NCBI GenBank assembly: GCA_965223325.1
Contig: CBDCWI010000002.1
Span: 608,001 to 672,000, forward strand
From: Candidatus Multivoradales bacterium
Lineage (GTDB): Bacteria > Acidobacteriota > Thermoanaerobaculia > Multivoradales > Multivoraceae
Reading direction: 5' to 3'
Length of the DNA stretch: 64,000 nt
Part shown: in pieces, positions 20,073 through 28,500 of the stretch
How positions within the stretch are numbered: the stretch's first letter is position 1
How the letters are laid out: the number at the start of each line of letters is the position of its first letter
Notes under the pieces: generated by a model
Told to the model about the DNA's origin: nothing
The model's input: only the letters and a program-made list of their open reading frames with translations
Databases searched by the model: none
Program-made: the position numbers and the translations under genes

Positions 20073-21728
20073 ATGTTGCTCGACTTCTACGGCTTCGAAA
20101 CCAACCCCTTCCACCCGTCACGGGACCCGCAGTTCTACTACGCCTCGCGCTCGCACCGCGAAGCGAGCGCGCTCATCCGTCGGGCGGTCGAGGAGCGCGG
20201 CGGTCTGGTGGTCGTGACGGGTGACGGTGCGTGCGGAAAGACCAGCCTGCTCGAAGCTCTCAAGCGACAGGAGTGGCCTGATGGGGTCATCTCGGTGACC
20301 TTCCTCAATCCCCTCATTACGTTCTCGAAGCTTCTGCATAGCATCCATGAGAGGCTTTTCCCCGACCTCACGCCGGCACCGACCCAAAACGAGTTGCTCG
20401 GCCAGCTGACCCGAGAACTCTCACGCCCAAGTACCCGCCATTGGCGCGTTCTCCTCCTGATCGACGAGGCACAACACCTGCCACCCGATACGGCCGCCCA
20501 ACTCGGTCGGTTGCTGGCGATCAAGAACAGCAACGGTCGGGTTTTCCAGATCGTGCTCTCAGGCCAAGAGGAACTCAACCATCGTCTCGAGGACGAACGC
20601 CTCTCCCACCTTCCGGCGCTCATCCACTCGCGCTGTGAGATCTCAGCTCTCGAGCCGGGCGAAGTCGCCGCCTACGTCGACCACCGCATCCGCGCAGCCC
20701 TGGCGATGGACGCCGATCCCGAGGGCTTCTTCACGCGCGAAGCCCTGGAGCGCATCGGCGCGGTCTCGGAGGGGCGACCGGGCCGAATCAACCGCTATTG
20801 CCACGAGGTTCTGACAGCCGGAGCTCGGTTTCGGGAACGCCCCGTCTCCCTGGCAACCGCGAGGTCTATTCTTCCTGCCGACCCAGAAGAAAAGCGACGG
20901 TCGCCGCGCTGGCTGCCGACTCTGGCCGCCGCCGCCACCGTCTTCTTGTTGGTGACCGCCGGCTGGATGGCGGTGGGCCGATGGGGCAAAGAGCCGCTGC
21001 AACAGAGCGCCAGCGATCGCGGCCCGGCAGCCGTGCCAACGTCTAGCGCTAGCCAACCAGGCGAAAGCCCCGGCAGGAGCGAACTCACAAACGCCAGCGA
21101 AGCGACGGTCGGTGAGCAGATTGACGACCGTACGGTGTTCGTCGACTCCGGAGAGCAGGCAGCTGGTGCTTCAGATGCAGCCCTCGAACAACGCGTCGAC
21201 ACCTGGGTCAACACCTTGAGTGGACTCGAAAGCGAGCAGGCTGCGCTGATCGTCGTGGGAGCCGAACGCACCCCTTCAGACGCTGCCCTGCCAGGAGGTA
21301 GCACCAAGAACGGGAACGCAAACCAATTCGAAACACCGGCCGCTGAACCAGCCATCCAAACCGCCGAGCGCGGCGCAACGCCCGATGGCGCGCCTCGAGG
21401 TCGCCAGCCGGGCACCGACGACACGACGGTACGAACTCCGCTGGTGGTCACGCCCAGCGAGTTCGAGACCCTGACCGTCGCGCCAGCTCCCGAGCCCGGG
21501 GCGGCAATCACCAGCGGCGCGCAACTCTCCATCGTCTCCTACCCCGCCGCCACCGTTCTGGTCGACGGAGTGAGCATCGGAACAACCCCTGTCATGGGGT
21601 TCAAGGTGGGTGCCGGCAGGCACCTGGTCGAGGTGGTCAGCAATGGACGGCGACAGGTCAGAACCGAAGTCATCCGCGAGCGCGAACATCGCCAGTTGAG
21701 CTTTCGCTTCGACAAGGAACCGCCCTGA
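20073..21728 (+). CDS. ExeA/GspA-type AAA ATPase with TM and C-terminal PEGA-like domain
   Basis: FYGFETNPF, Walker A GDGACGKT, Walker B LIDEAQHL, LSGQEEL, GRPGRIN. TM, low-complexity linker, PEGA-like SYPAATVLVDGVSIGTTPV. Confidence 0.85.
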   Translation: MLLDFYGFETNPFHPSRDPQFYYASRSHREASALIRRAVEERGGLVVVTGDGACGKTSLLEALKRQEWPDGVISVTFLNPLITFSKLLHSIHERLFPDLTPAPTQNELLGQLTRELSRPSTRHWRVLLLIDEAQHLPPDTAAQLGRLLAIKNSNGRVFQIVLSGQEELNHRLEDERLSHLPALIHSRCEISALEPGEVAAYVDHRIRAALAMDADPEGFFTREALERIGAVSEGRPGRINRYCHEVLTAGARFRERPVSLATARSILPADPEEKRRSPRWLPTLAAAATVFLLVTAGWMAVGRWGKEPLQQSASDRGPAAVPTSSASQPGESPGRSELTNASEATVGEQIDDRTVFVDSGEQAAGASDAALEQRVDTWVNTLSGLESEQAALIVVGAERTPSDAALPGGSTKNGNANQFETPAAEPAIQTAERGATPDGAPRGRQPGTDDTTVRTPLVVTPSEFETLTVAPAPEPGAAITSGAQLSIVSYPAATVLVDGVSIGTTPVMGFKVGAGRHLVEVVSNGRRQVRTEVIREREHRQLSFRFDKEPP

Positions 21729-22558
21729 TGAAGCGGAGAGCCCTGTGGGTCGTCGCCGCGAGTCTGCTTGCGAGCGCACTCTCGGCGGGCAACCTGGTAG
21801 CGCAGCAGCCACCTGCCGACGCACAAGGGGCGCTCGAGACAGCACAGCGCCTTTTGCGCCTCGAACGACCGGAGGAGGCCATGCAGCTCCTTGATGCGGC
21901 GCTCGAGCGTTGGCCTAGCGACCAAGGTCTCGCGACTCTGCGAGCCTTCGCCCGTTCGCGCCTGGTTGACGAACGCGAGCGCTTGATCGAGGTCGGCCTG
22001 GCCTCATTCTTCGACGACCCCGCCCGCAGCTGCCGAGCGTGGAGTCGGCTGCTCGAAATCGATCCCGACGATGAGGCAGCCGCCCGCTACATCAGTATCC
22101 TCAGTCAAGAAGTCGAACACCAGGCACAGGCACTCGAGCGCCAGTTCCACAGCCAACTCGAACGCGCAGCGTGGCCGGAAGCAGCGGCTCTGATCGACCG
22201 CGTCGAGGATCTCGAGTGCGTCTACCGGCGTAGCGCCGACCTGCGGGCACAGCTCGTTGAAGTGCGCACCGAGACCCTCCGCGCGACGATTCTCATGCGC
22301 TCTTCCGAAGCCTTCCTGGGACAATGCCAACCAGCCGAGGCACTTCTGCGAACAGCGGTCGGCGAACCGAACCTGGCGGCCGGTGAAACCGCCACGGCGT
22401 ACCTCGCCCTGGGCTCGTGCGAATCGCTCACCTCACTCGAAACCGCACGCCAATCGTTTCGGCGCGCCCTGGCCTTCGACGGCGACGCCCGTCTGCCGTC
22501 TCACGCGCGCCCCGAGCTGCACGCCCTGCTTTCCGAGTTGCGGGGCCGGGAACGCTAG
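21728..22558 (+). CDS. Exported TPR-like hypothetical protein
   Basis: Signal peptide, helical TPR-like segments, TGATG coupling to the ExeA gene. Confidence 0.7.
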   Translation: MKRRALWVVAASLLASALSAGNLVAQQPPADAQGALETAQRLLRLERPEEAMQLLDAALERWPSDQGLATLRAFARSRLVDERERLIEVGLASFFDDPARSCRAWSRLLEIDPDDEAAARYISILSQEVEHQAQALERQFHSQLERAAWPEAAALIDRVEDLECVYRRSADLRAQLVEVRTETLRATILMRSSEAFLGQCQPAEALLRTAVGEPNLAAGETATAYLALGSCESLTSLETARQSFRRALAFDGDARLPSHARPELHALLSELRGRER

Positions 22559-22720
22559 TACCCCGTACCATTGAAACGGATAGTGGCTGAGCGGATGATC
22601 GTGCTCGAGATCAAGGCGTCACGACAGAGGCATATTGGTGATCTGTCGAGGAGTGACAACACAGAGATCGAGCGCGAGGACCGCGCAGACGCTGTGCGTT
22701 TCAATGGTACGGGGTACTAG
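22555..22720. mobile_element. MITE (non-autonomous, IS630-like CTAG/TA target) with perfect 24-bp terminal inverted repeats
   Basis: CTAGTACCCCGTACCATTGAAACG (22555-22578) and its exact reverse complement (22697-22720), with nested internal imperfect inverted repeats and no transposase ORF. Confidence 0.85.
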
Positions 22721-23877
22721 GAGCCCGAAGCGGGAGCCACCAGCCGTACGATCCCGCGGCGCGCCAGCCCGTGGATCAAGAGGCGCGAATCCATCGGAGG
22801 CGTCGGCATGCGCCGGAGCAAGGCATCGACGCTCGAGCGGCCGTCGACTCGTTGCGCCAGGAACTCCTCCTCGACCGACAGATCGAGTTGCGGAAAATCG
22901 CTCGGCGGCTTGAGCAGCACTGGCACCGCTCGATCGATCACCCCTGCCTCTTCGAGCGCACTCTCGAGCGACTCTTCGACGTGCGCGACGCGTTCCGTCA
23001 GCTCACCTGTGGGTGGCATCAGAGTTCTCGCGGCAACCGCGTAGCGCTGCGCGCGCGCCAGATCGCCCGATTCGAGGCAGCGCTCTGCGACCTGAATGAG
23101 GTTGTCGCTATCGACCACGGGAATACCCGTCGACATGCCGAGACCAGACGAGCTCTCACGATGTGGGTTCGGCGGCGCGACGATCTTGAGGCGGCCACGC
23201 TCGATGCGGGTCATCAGGATGCAGCAGGCTTCGAAGACACCGGTGCGCGCGCGGTTGGCGATCTCCTGCACCGTGCGATGGTCGTTGACCTCACGCAGCA
23301 CGGCGCGCTCGTCCGGTTCCAGGGCACCGTCATCGAGAAAGCCAATGGCCACCGGAATGCCGCGGCCAGCGCTGGGAAAAATGGAGTTCAACCGTCGCCA
23401 CTGGGCTCTTCGCCGTCGTCCCTCCTCGACCAGGGCAGTGACCTCGAACGCCGTGTCCCAGGGTGCGCTGGCACGAAGGCGTTCGCGGTCTTCGAAACGA
23501 AAGCGACCCTCGTTCCACTCCAGGACGTCGAAGGTCGCCTCGCGCGTCTTCTGTGAAAGAGCGCGTGCCAGGTCACGCGGAACCACCAGCCCGTGACGAA
23601 CCAGATAGCTACCGAGAAGCCGACCTTCGGCGTGGGCGGCGTCACACGCATCGGCGATCTCCTGGGCGCTCAAGAGGCCCCACGCGAGCAGTTGGTGGCT
23701 CAAGTACTCGTGCGGATCACTCGACGACGCGCCAACGACACGACCACGATCGAAGTAGAGGCCCTTCTCTCGCCCGCCACTCTCGAAGACCAGGGCACCC
23801 GATTGATCGGCGCCCGCCCAGGCCAACAACTCCGCCACGTCCGCTGCGTTCAGATCGCCGCTGACCATCGCCTGCAT
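22717..23877 (-). CDS. DUF4388 (PatA-N-like) domain protein
   Basis: SGDL...ELLAW...SGALVF...GLYFDRGRVVGASS, LGSYLVRHGLV, VLEWNEGRFRFE, C-terminal winged-helix-like segments. Confidence 0.85.
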   Translation of the reverse strand: MQAMVSGDLNAADVAELLAWAGADQSGALVFESGGREKGLYFDRGRVVGASSSDPHEYLSHQLLAWGLLSAQEIADACDAAHAEGRLLGSYLVRHGLVVPRDLARALSQKTREATFDVLEWNEGRFRFEDRERLRASAPWDTAFEVTALVEEGRRRRAQWRRLNSIFPSAGRGIPVAIGFLDDGALEPDERAVLREVNDHRTVQEIANRARTGVFEACCILMTRIERGRLKIVAPPNPHRESSSGLGMSTGIPVVDSDNLIQVAERCLESGDLARAQRYAVAARTLMPPTGELTERVAHVEESLESALEEAGVIDRAVPVLLKPPSDFPQLDLSVEEEFLAQRVDGRSSVDALLRRMPTPPMDSRLLIHGLARRGIVRLVAPASGS

Positions 23878-24121
23878 CCCCTCACCTGCTGTGTGCCGTT
23901 CGACACCGAATTGACTCTATGGCTATGGTTATACAATACTTGGCTTGCCCCGTCCGTCTCTGCGCCATCACGCATGCTATCCCAATTCCCCAGAAATCCC
24001 AGGGAACTGGCGATCTCACGCCTTGGCCTTTCGCGCTCGCCGTATCGGCGAACGTACTGCATGCTCTCGGGATCAGCGTCCAGCCGCGAAAGCGCTCAGA
24101 AGACGCTCTCGGAACGACACT

Positions 24122-26731
24122 TTGAAGAAGCCCCGGTCCACTCGTCTGTCTTTGATTTTGCCCCTGGTCATCGCCGGCCTGCTGGGGGCGAGTACCCTGG
24201 CGCGCGCCCAGGTCGCGATCTCTGAACTCCACTACCACCCAAGCGACGCAGAGCCCGGCGAGTTCCTCGAGCTCACCAACACGAGCGGCGCTTCTGTCAA
24301 CCTCGGTGGCTGGTGCCTGAGCGAGGGGGTCGATTACTGCTTCCCCGCCGCGACCACCCTCGCCGCGGGCGGCTTCCTGGTAGGAGCTGAAGACCCGGCA
24401 GAGTTTCAAGGCACCTTCGGATCAGCCCCCGACTTCGTCTACGACGGCAAGCTTTCGAACGGCGGCGAGAGCCTCGAACTCCACAATGCGATCCAGAACC
24501 TGGTCGACCGGGTCGACTACGACGACGCGGGCAACTGGCCGGTAACCCCCGACGGTCTTGGCCCCTCGCTCGAGCGCATCGACGTGACGCTCGACGGCAC
24601 CACGCCACGCAACTGGGCCGCTTCGTCAGGCAGCCCGACGCCGCGAGCGACCAACAGCGTCGCCGCCACTGGCCTGCCGGCCTTCCTCAGCGAGCTGGCT
24701 CACGGCGAGGCCAGCGAGGCGACGCCGCTAGTGGTCACGGTTCGAGCCGAAGACGCGTCGAGCGTTTCTCTCACCTACCGGATCGACTTCGGTCCGGACC
24801 AGACGATCGCCATGTTCGACGACGGCGCTTCCGGTGACGGGGCCGCTGGCGACCTCGTCTACGGAGCCGCCATTCCTGGCCAGCCAACCGGCACCCTGAT
24901 TCGCTACCGCGCAACCGCCGAGGGGGCCAACGGTGGCGCGAGTACGCCGCGTGTCGACGACACCATCACCTGGCGCGGCACGATGATCGAGTACGAGATC
25001 GCCACCGCTCTGCCGGTTTTTCACTGGTGGATCGAAGCCGGCGACTATCAGGCGGCGGTCGACCACAAGTTCAGCGACGAAACCGAGCCGGCATTGCTCT
25101 ACTACGACGGCGAGCTCTGGGACGGCGTGCGAATCCGCGTTCGAGGTGGGACCTCGCGACAGTGGGACAAGCTGCAGTGGAAGTTCATCATGCCGCAGGG
25201 GCACGACTTCGTCGCGCCCGACCTCCTGCTCGGGCCAGTCGACCGCCTCAACCTCAACAGTGGCTACTCTGACAAAACCCACCTGCGCGAAACCCTGGGC
25301 TGGGAAACTGTCGCCGCCGCTGGCCTCCCCGCCTCACTGGCGTTCCCGATCAGGCTCGAACGCAACGGCTCGTTTCATGGGCTCTTTACCTTCATCGAAC
25401 AACCCGACGGTGAATGGTTCGATCGCATCGAGCTCGATGGTGACGGAGCACACTACAAGTCGGGCAGTGACTGTCGCGCGTTGCCGATCATCGACCTCGA
25501 GTTCTTCTACGAGAAGAAGACGCGCGAAGACGAGGGGCACGACGATCTCAAGGCCTTTCTCGACGGCATCGCGGCCGCCGAGGGCGACCCCGAGGCGCGC
25601 ACTGGCCTGCTGCGGGAGCACTTCGACCTGCCAGCGCAGATCAACTACATGGCGGTGATGACGCTGTTGCATAGCAACGACCATGTGGCCAAGAACTTCT
25701 ACCTCTATCGCGACACCGAAGGTACCGGCCGCTGGCACACGCTGGCCTGGGACCTCGACCTGATTCTCGGCCGTAGCTACCAGGGTGAGGTTCTCAACGA
25801 TCGCATGTTCGCCGCCGACGACATCATCGAGGGGCGCCCTGATGTCAGCCCGAGCCATCCCCTGTTCGGCGACCGCACCCACCAGAAGTGGGACTTTTTC
25901 TGGAATCGCTGCATCGACATCGTGCTTTCAGACGACGAGACACGGAGCCTGTACTACCGTCGCCTCCGCACCTTGATGGACTCTCTCCTCACCGCCGGGG
26001 TCTTTGAACAGCGCCTTGACGAACTCGCGGCATTGATCGCGCCCGAAGCCGCGCTCGATCGCTTAGAACCGTGGGGCCAGTGGGGCGAGGCGCAGACCCT
26101 GGCCGAGGCCGTCAGTATTCTCAAGGACGAGCATCTGACGCCCCGCCGCCAGCATCTCTTCGTCTCCCATCGCACCGCGGGCGAGATCCCACCCGCCCAG
26201 ACCGGCGATGACGAGGAGCGCGTGCGCATCGTCGAGATCATGTACGCCCCCGCCTCGGGCAGCGACGCCGAGTTCGTCGAGTTGTGGAACGGAGCGGACA
26301 CCGCAGTCGACCTCAGTGGTTGGACGCTCGAGGGGACCGACACGGTCCTGCGCGGCGGCACGGTCATTCCCGCCAAGGGAACCCTTCTCCTGGTGCGCGC
26401 CGACACAGTCTTTCGCACCATCCATGGAGGCACACTTCTCGTCGGCGGCGAAACCGAAGACGAGCTGGCCGACTCAGGGGTCGAGCTCATCCTGCGGAAC
26501 GCGGACGGCCTGGAGATCGACCGGGTGCCCTACCTCGCGACCGCACCCTGGCCGACCGCGGCCGGCACTTCGCTGGTGCGTCGCCATCCCGACCTCGCGG
26601 GCGCCGACCCCGCGAGTTGGGCGGCCAGTGAAGAAGAGGGCGGTAATCCCGGGACGCTGTGGGTCGAATCGCTGTTCGAAGACGGCTTCGAGTCGGGCGG
26701 AGTCAACCAGTGGTCCTTTGCCCGCCACTGA
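24122..26731 (+). CDS. Secreted CotH-family kinase with N- and C-terminal lamin-tail domains
   Basis: Signal peptide from TTG 24122. LTD motifs ISELHYHP..EFLELTN and IVEIMYAP..EFVELWN. CotH motifs RVRGGTSR, NDHVAKNFYLY, WDLDLILG. C-terminal FEDGFESG. Confidence 0.88.
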   Translation: MKKPRSTRLSLILPLVIAGLLGASTLARAQVAISELHYHPSDAEPGEFLELTNTSGASVNLGGWCLSEGVDYCFPAATTLAAGGFLVGAEDPAEFQGTFGSAPDFVYDGKLSNGGESLELHNAIQNLVDRVDYDDAGNWPVTPDGLGPSLERIDVTLDGTTPRNWAASSGSPTPRATNSVAATGLPAFLSELAHGEASEATPLVVTVRAEDASSVSLTYRIDFGPDQTIAMFDDGASGDGAAGDLVYGAAIPGQPTGTLIRYRATAEGANGGASTPRVDDTITWRGTMIEYEIATALPVFHWWIEAGDYQAAVDHKFSDETEPALLYYDGELWDGVRIRVRGGTSRQWDKLQWKFIMPQGHDFVAPDLLLGPVDRLNLNSGYSDKTHLRETLGWETVAAAGLPASLAFPIRLERNGSFHGLFTFIEQPDGEWFDRIELDGDGAHYKSGSDCRALPIIDLEFFYEKKTREDEGHDDLKAFLDGIAAAEGDPEARTGLLREHFDLPAQINYMAVMTLLHSNDHVAKNFYLYRDTEGTGRWHTLAWDLDLILGRSYQGEVLNDRMFAADDIIEGRPDVSPSHPLFGDRTHQKWDFFWNRCIDIVLSDDETRSLYYRRLRTLMDSLLTAGVFEQRLDELAALIAPEAALDRLEPWGQWGEAQTLAEAVSILKDEHLTPRRQHLFVSHRTAGEIPPAQTGDDEERVRIVEIMYAPASGSDAEFVELWNGADTAVDLSGWTLEGTDTVLRGGTVIPAKGTLLLVRADTVFRTIHGGTLLVGGETEDELADSGVELILRNADGLEIDRVPYLATAPWPTAAGTSLVRRHPDLAGADPASWAASEEEGGNPGTLWVESLFEDGFESGGVNQWSFARH

Positions 26732-26759
26732 GCCACGGAGATCCTCAAACCTAGTTTTT

Positions 26760-26775
26760 CGGCATATTTCTTGCA
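26760..26775 (+). promoter_or_regulatory. Sigma54 (-24/-12) promoter upstream of the PilZ gene
   Basis: CGGCATATTTCTTGCA closely matches YGGCAY-N5-TTGCW with exact GG-N10-GC spacing, in an AT-rich intergenic patch about 80 nt before the ATG. Confidence 0.7.
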
Positions 26776-26852
26776 AATCTACGGGCGGAGCCGTGCGCTT
26801 ACCCCTCGGTCCTTTCGGCCTCCCTTGACTCTCGGCGCACAAACCTCTTGCC

Positions 26853-27575
26853 ATGAGTGATTTGCCCCCATCGCCCCAACGCGACGACTCGCTCGTCCTG
26901 CCGATTCGTGATGAGCGACTGCCCGCCGCTGGTTTACGGGGTTCGCTGCCGCTCACTGCGGCCGGGACTCTGGTTGATCTGAGCCTCGAGGGCCTCGGCC
27001 TCGACACCTCTGAGGCCCTGCCGGTCGGCGAAAGCTACCGTCTCGACCTCAACTGCCAGGGTGACCAGCTGACAATCGACGGCACTTTGCGGTGGCAGCA
27101 GTTGTCGGCGCTCGACACCGGAATCGACGGCCAACAGCTACCGCGCTACCGAACGGGCATCCAGCTTCCTCCGTCCACCAGCGAGCGGCGCTCGGTGTCG
27201 CGGTTTCTCGATCGTCACGCCGGCCCGCAAAATGGCGAACGGGTTCCCCCACGCTGGCACCTCAGGCGCCCCGCCGTGCTCGCGCTGCAGGCCGAGTTTC
27301 CGTTCGAGGTCTCGACGGTCAGTCGGTCCGGCATGCTGATCGATGTTCCGGTTCGATTGGGTCCTGGAGAACCCGTCGAGCTGGCGCTCGTACTCCCCGA
27401 GGAGGCGAAGCGCGATACCGACAGGCTTCGGGTTCAAGCGGAGACCGTCGAGGCGCACCTCTTGCGCACCGACGGCGGCGCCGAACGTCGCCTGGCTCTG
27501 CGCTTCGTGCAGCGCGGCGAAGGTTACGCCCGGTTGCGGGCCTGGATCGACCACCGGCTTCAGGTCGAAGTCTAG
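26853..27575 (+). CDS. Tandem PilZ-domain protein
   Basis: VDLSLEGLGL (DxSxxG), RVPPR (RxxxR), TVSRSGMLI, RLALRF. Confidence 0.7.
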   Translation: MSDLPPSPQRDDSLVLPIRDERLPAAGLRGSLPLTAAGTLVDLSLEGLGLDTSEALPVGESYRLDLNCQGDQLTIDGTLRWQQLSALDTGIDGQQLPRYRTGIQLPPSTSERRSVSRFLDRHAGPQNGERVPPRWHLRRPAVLALQAEFPFEVSTVSRSGMLIDVPVRLGPGEPVELALVLPEEAKRDTDRLRVQAETVEAHLLRTDGGAERRLALRFVQRGEGYARLRAWIDHRLQVEV

Positions 27576-27726
27576 GTGAGGGGCAAGCCACGGGCCGCGG
27601 CATCAGGGCGCCCCGGGGCGGTCCCCATCTTGTAGCCTCCAGGAGCCCGTTAGCGCCTCCCGACGCTCGACATCGACTTCTGGCTCTGGTGCCACGTGCC
27701 GGCCATCCACCCGGGAACCCTCCCCC

Positions 27727-28500
27727 TTGCCCCCGACCGATTTCAGAGACCCACTTCACACCGAAACCGCGCTCGCGGATCGGGTTCAGTCGCTCGCCGC
27801 ACGCTTGCGGGCGATCGACCCTCTAGCCAGCGAGTTCACCGACCGTCGTCTCGAGCGCATGCTCGAGGTCGCGTGTCGGCGCCTGGTTTCGATCACGCTG
27901 ATCCTCGAAGATCTCTGGGACCCCCACAACGCCTCGGCGATCATCCGAAGCGCCGAAGGCCTGGGTCTCGACTCGGTTCACTTTGTCGAAGCCGGCAACC
28001 GCTATCGCCGCAACCGCGGCGTGCTCAAAGGAGCCGATCGCTGGCTCAGCATCGAGCGCTACACCGCCACCGAGGACGTGTTCTCGGCATTGCGTCAGCG
28101 TGGTTTCAGAGTCGCGGTCGCCGACGCCAGCGAAGATCCCGTCCGCCAACAGTCGGCGCGAACTCTAGAAGAGCTCCCGGTCGATTCTCCCCTAGCGATT
28201 GTCATGGGCGCCGAAAAGAATGGACCGTCACAAGCCGCGCTCGAGCTTTCAGACCACACGTTCACCGTGGCGATGGCCGGCTTCACCACCAGCTTCAACG
28301 TTTCGGTGAGCGCAGCGATCGCGCTCTTTGACGTCACCCGGCGACGACGAGACCACCTGGGTGCAATGGGTGAGCTCGACGACAGGGAGATCCTCGACCG
28401 CGTCCGCGACTGGATGGAGGCGACGATCAACCGACGGACTCCGCCCGGACTGCGGCCACGCAGTCGACACCACGGTTCAGAATCGGCCCCCGAATCGTGA
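27727..28500 (+). CDS. trmH: TrmH/SpoU family RNA methyltransferase
   Basis: LEDLWDPHNASAIIRSAEGLG, VMGAEKNG, MAGFTTSFNVSVSAAI. Confidence 0.88.
   Translation: MPPTDFRDPLHTETALADRVQSLAARLRAIDPLASEFTDRRLERMLEVACRRLVSITLILEDLWDPHNASAIIRSAEGLGLDSVHFVEAGNRYRRNRGVLKGADRWLSIERYTATEDVFSALRQRGFRVAVADASEDPVRQQSARTLEELPVDSPLAIVMGAEKNGPSQAALELSDHTFTVAMAGFTTSFNVSVSAAIALFDVTRRRRDHLGAMGELDDREILDRVRDWMEATINRRTPPGLRPRSRHHGSESAPES

Noticed and set aside
23911-23940. TTGACT...TACAAT sigma70-like promoter before cotH
   Set aside because: The 15-nt spacer is suboptimal and the direction is ambiguous in a divergent region.
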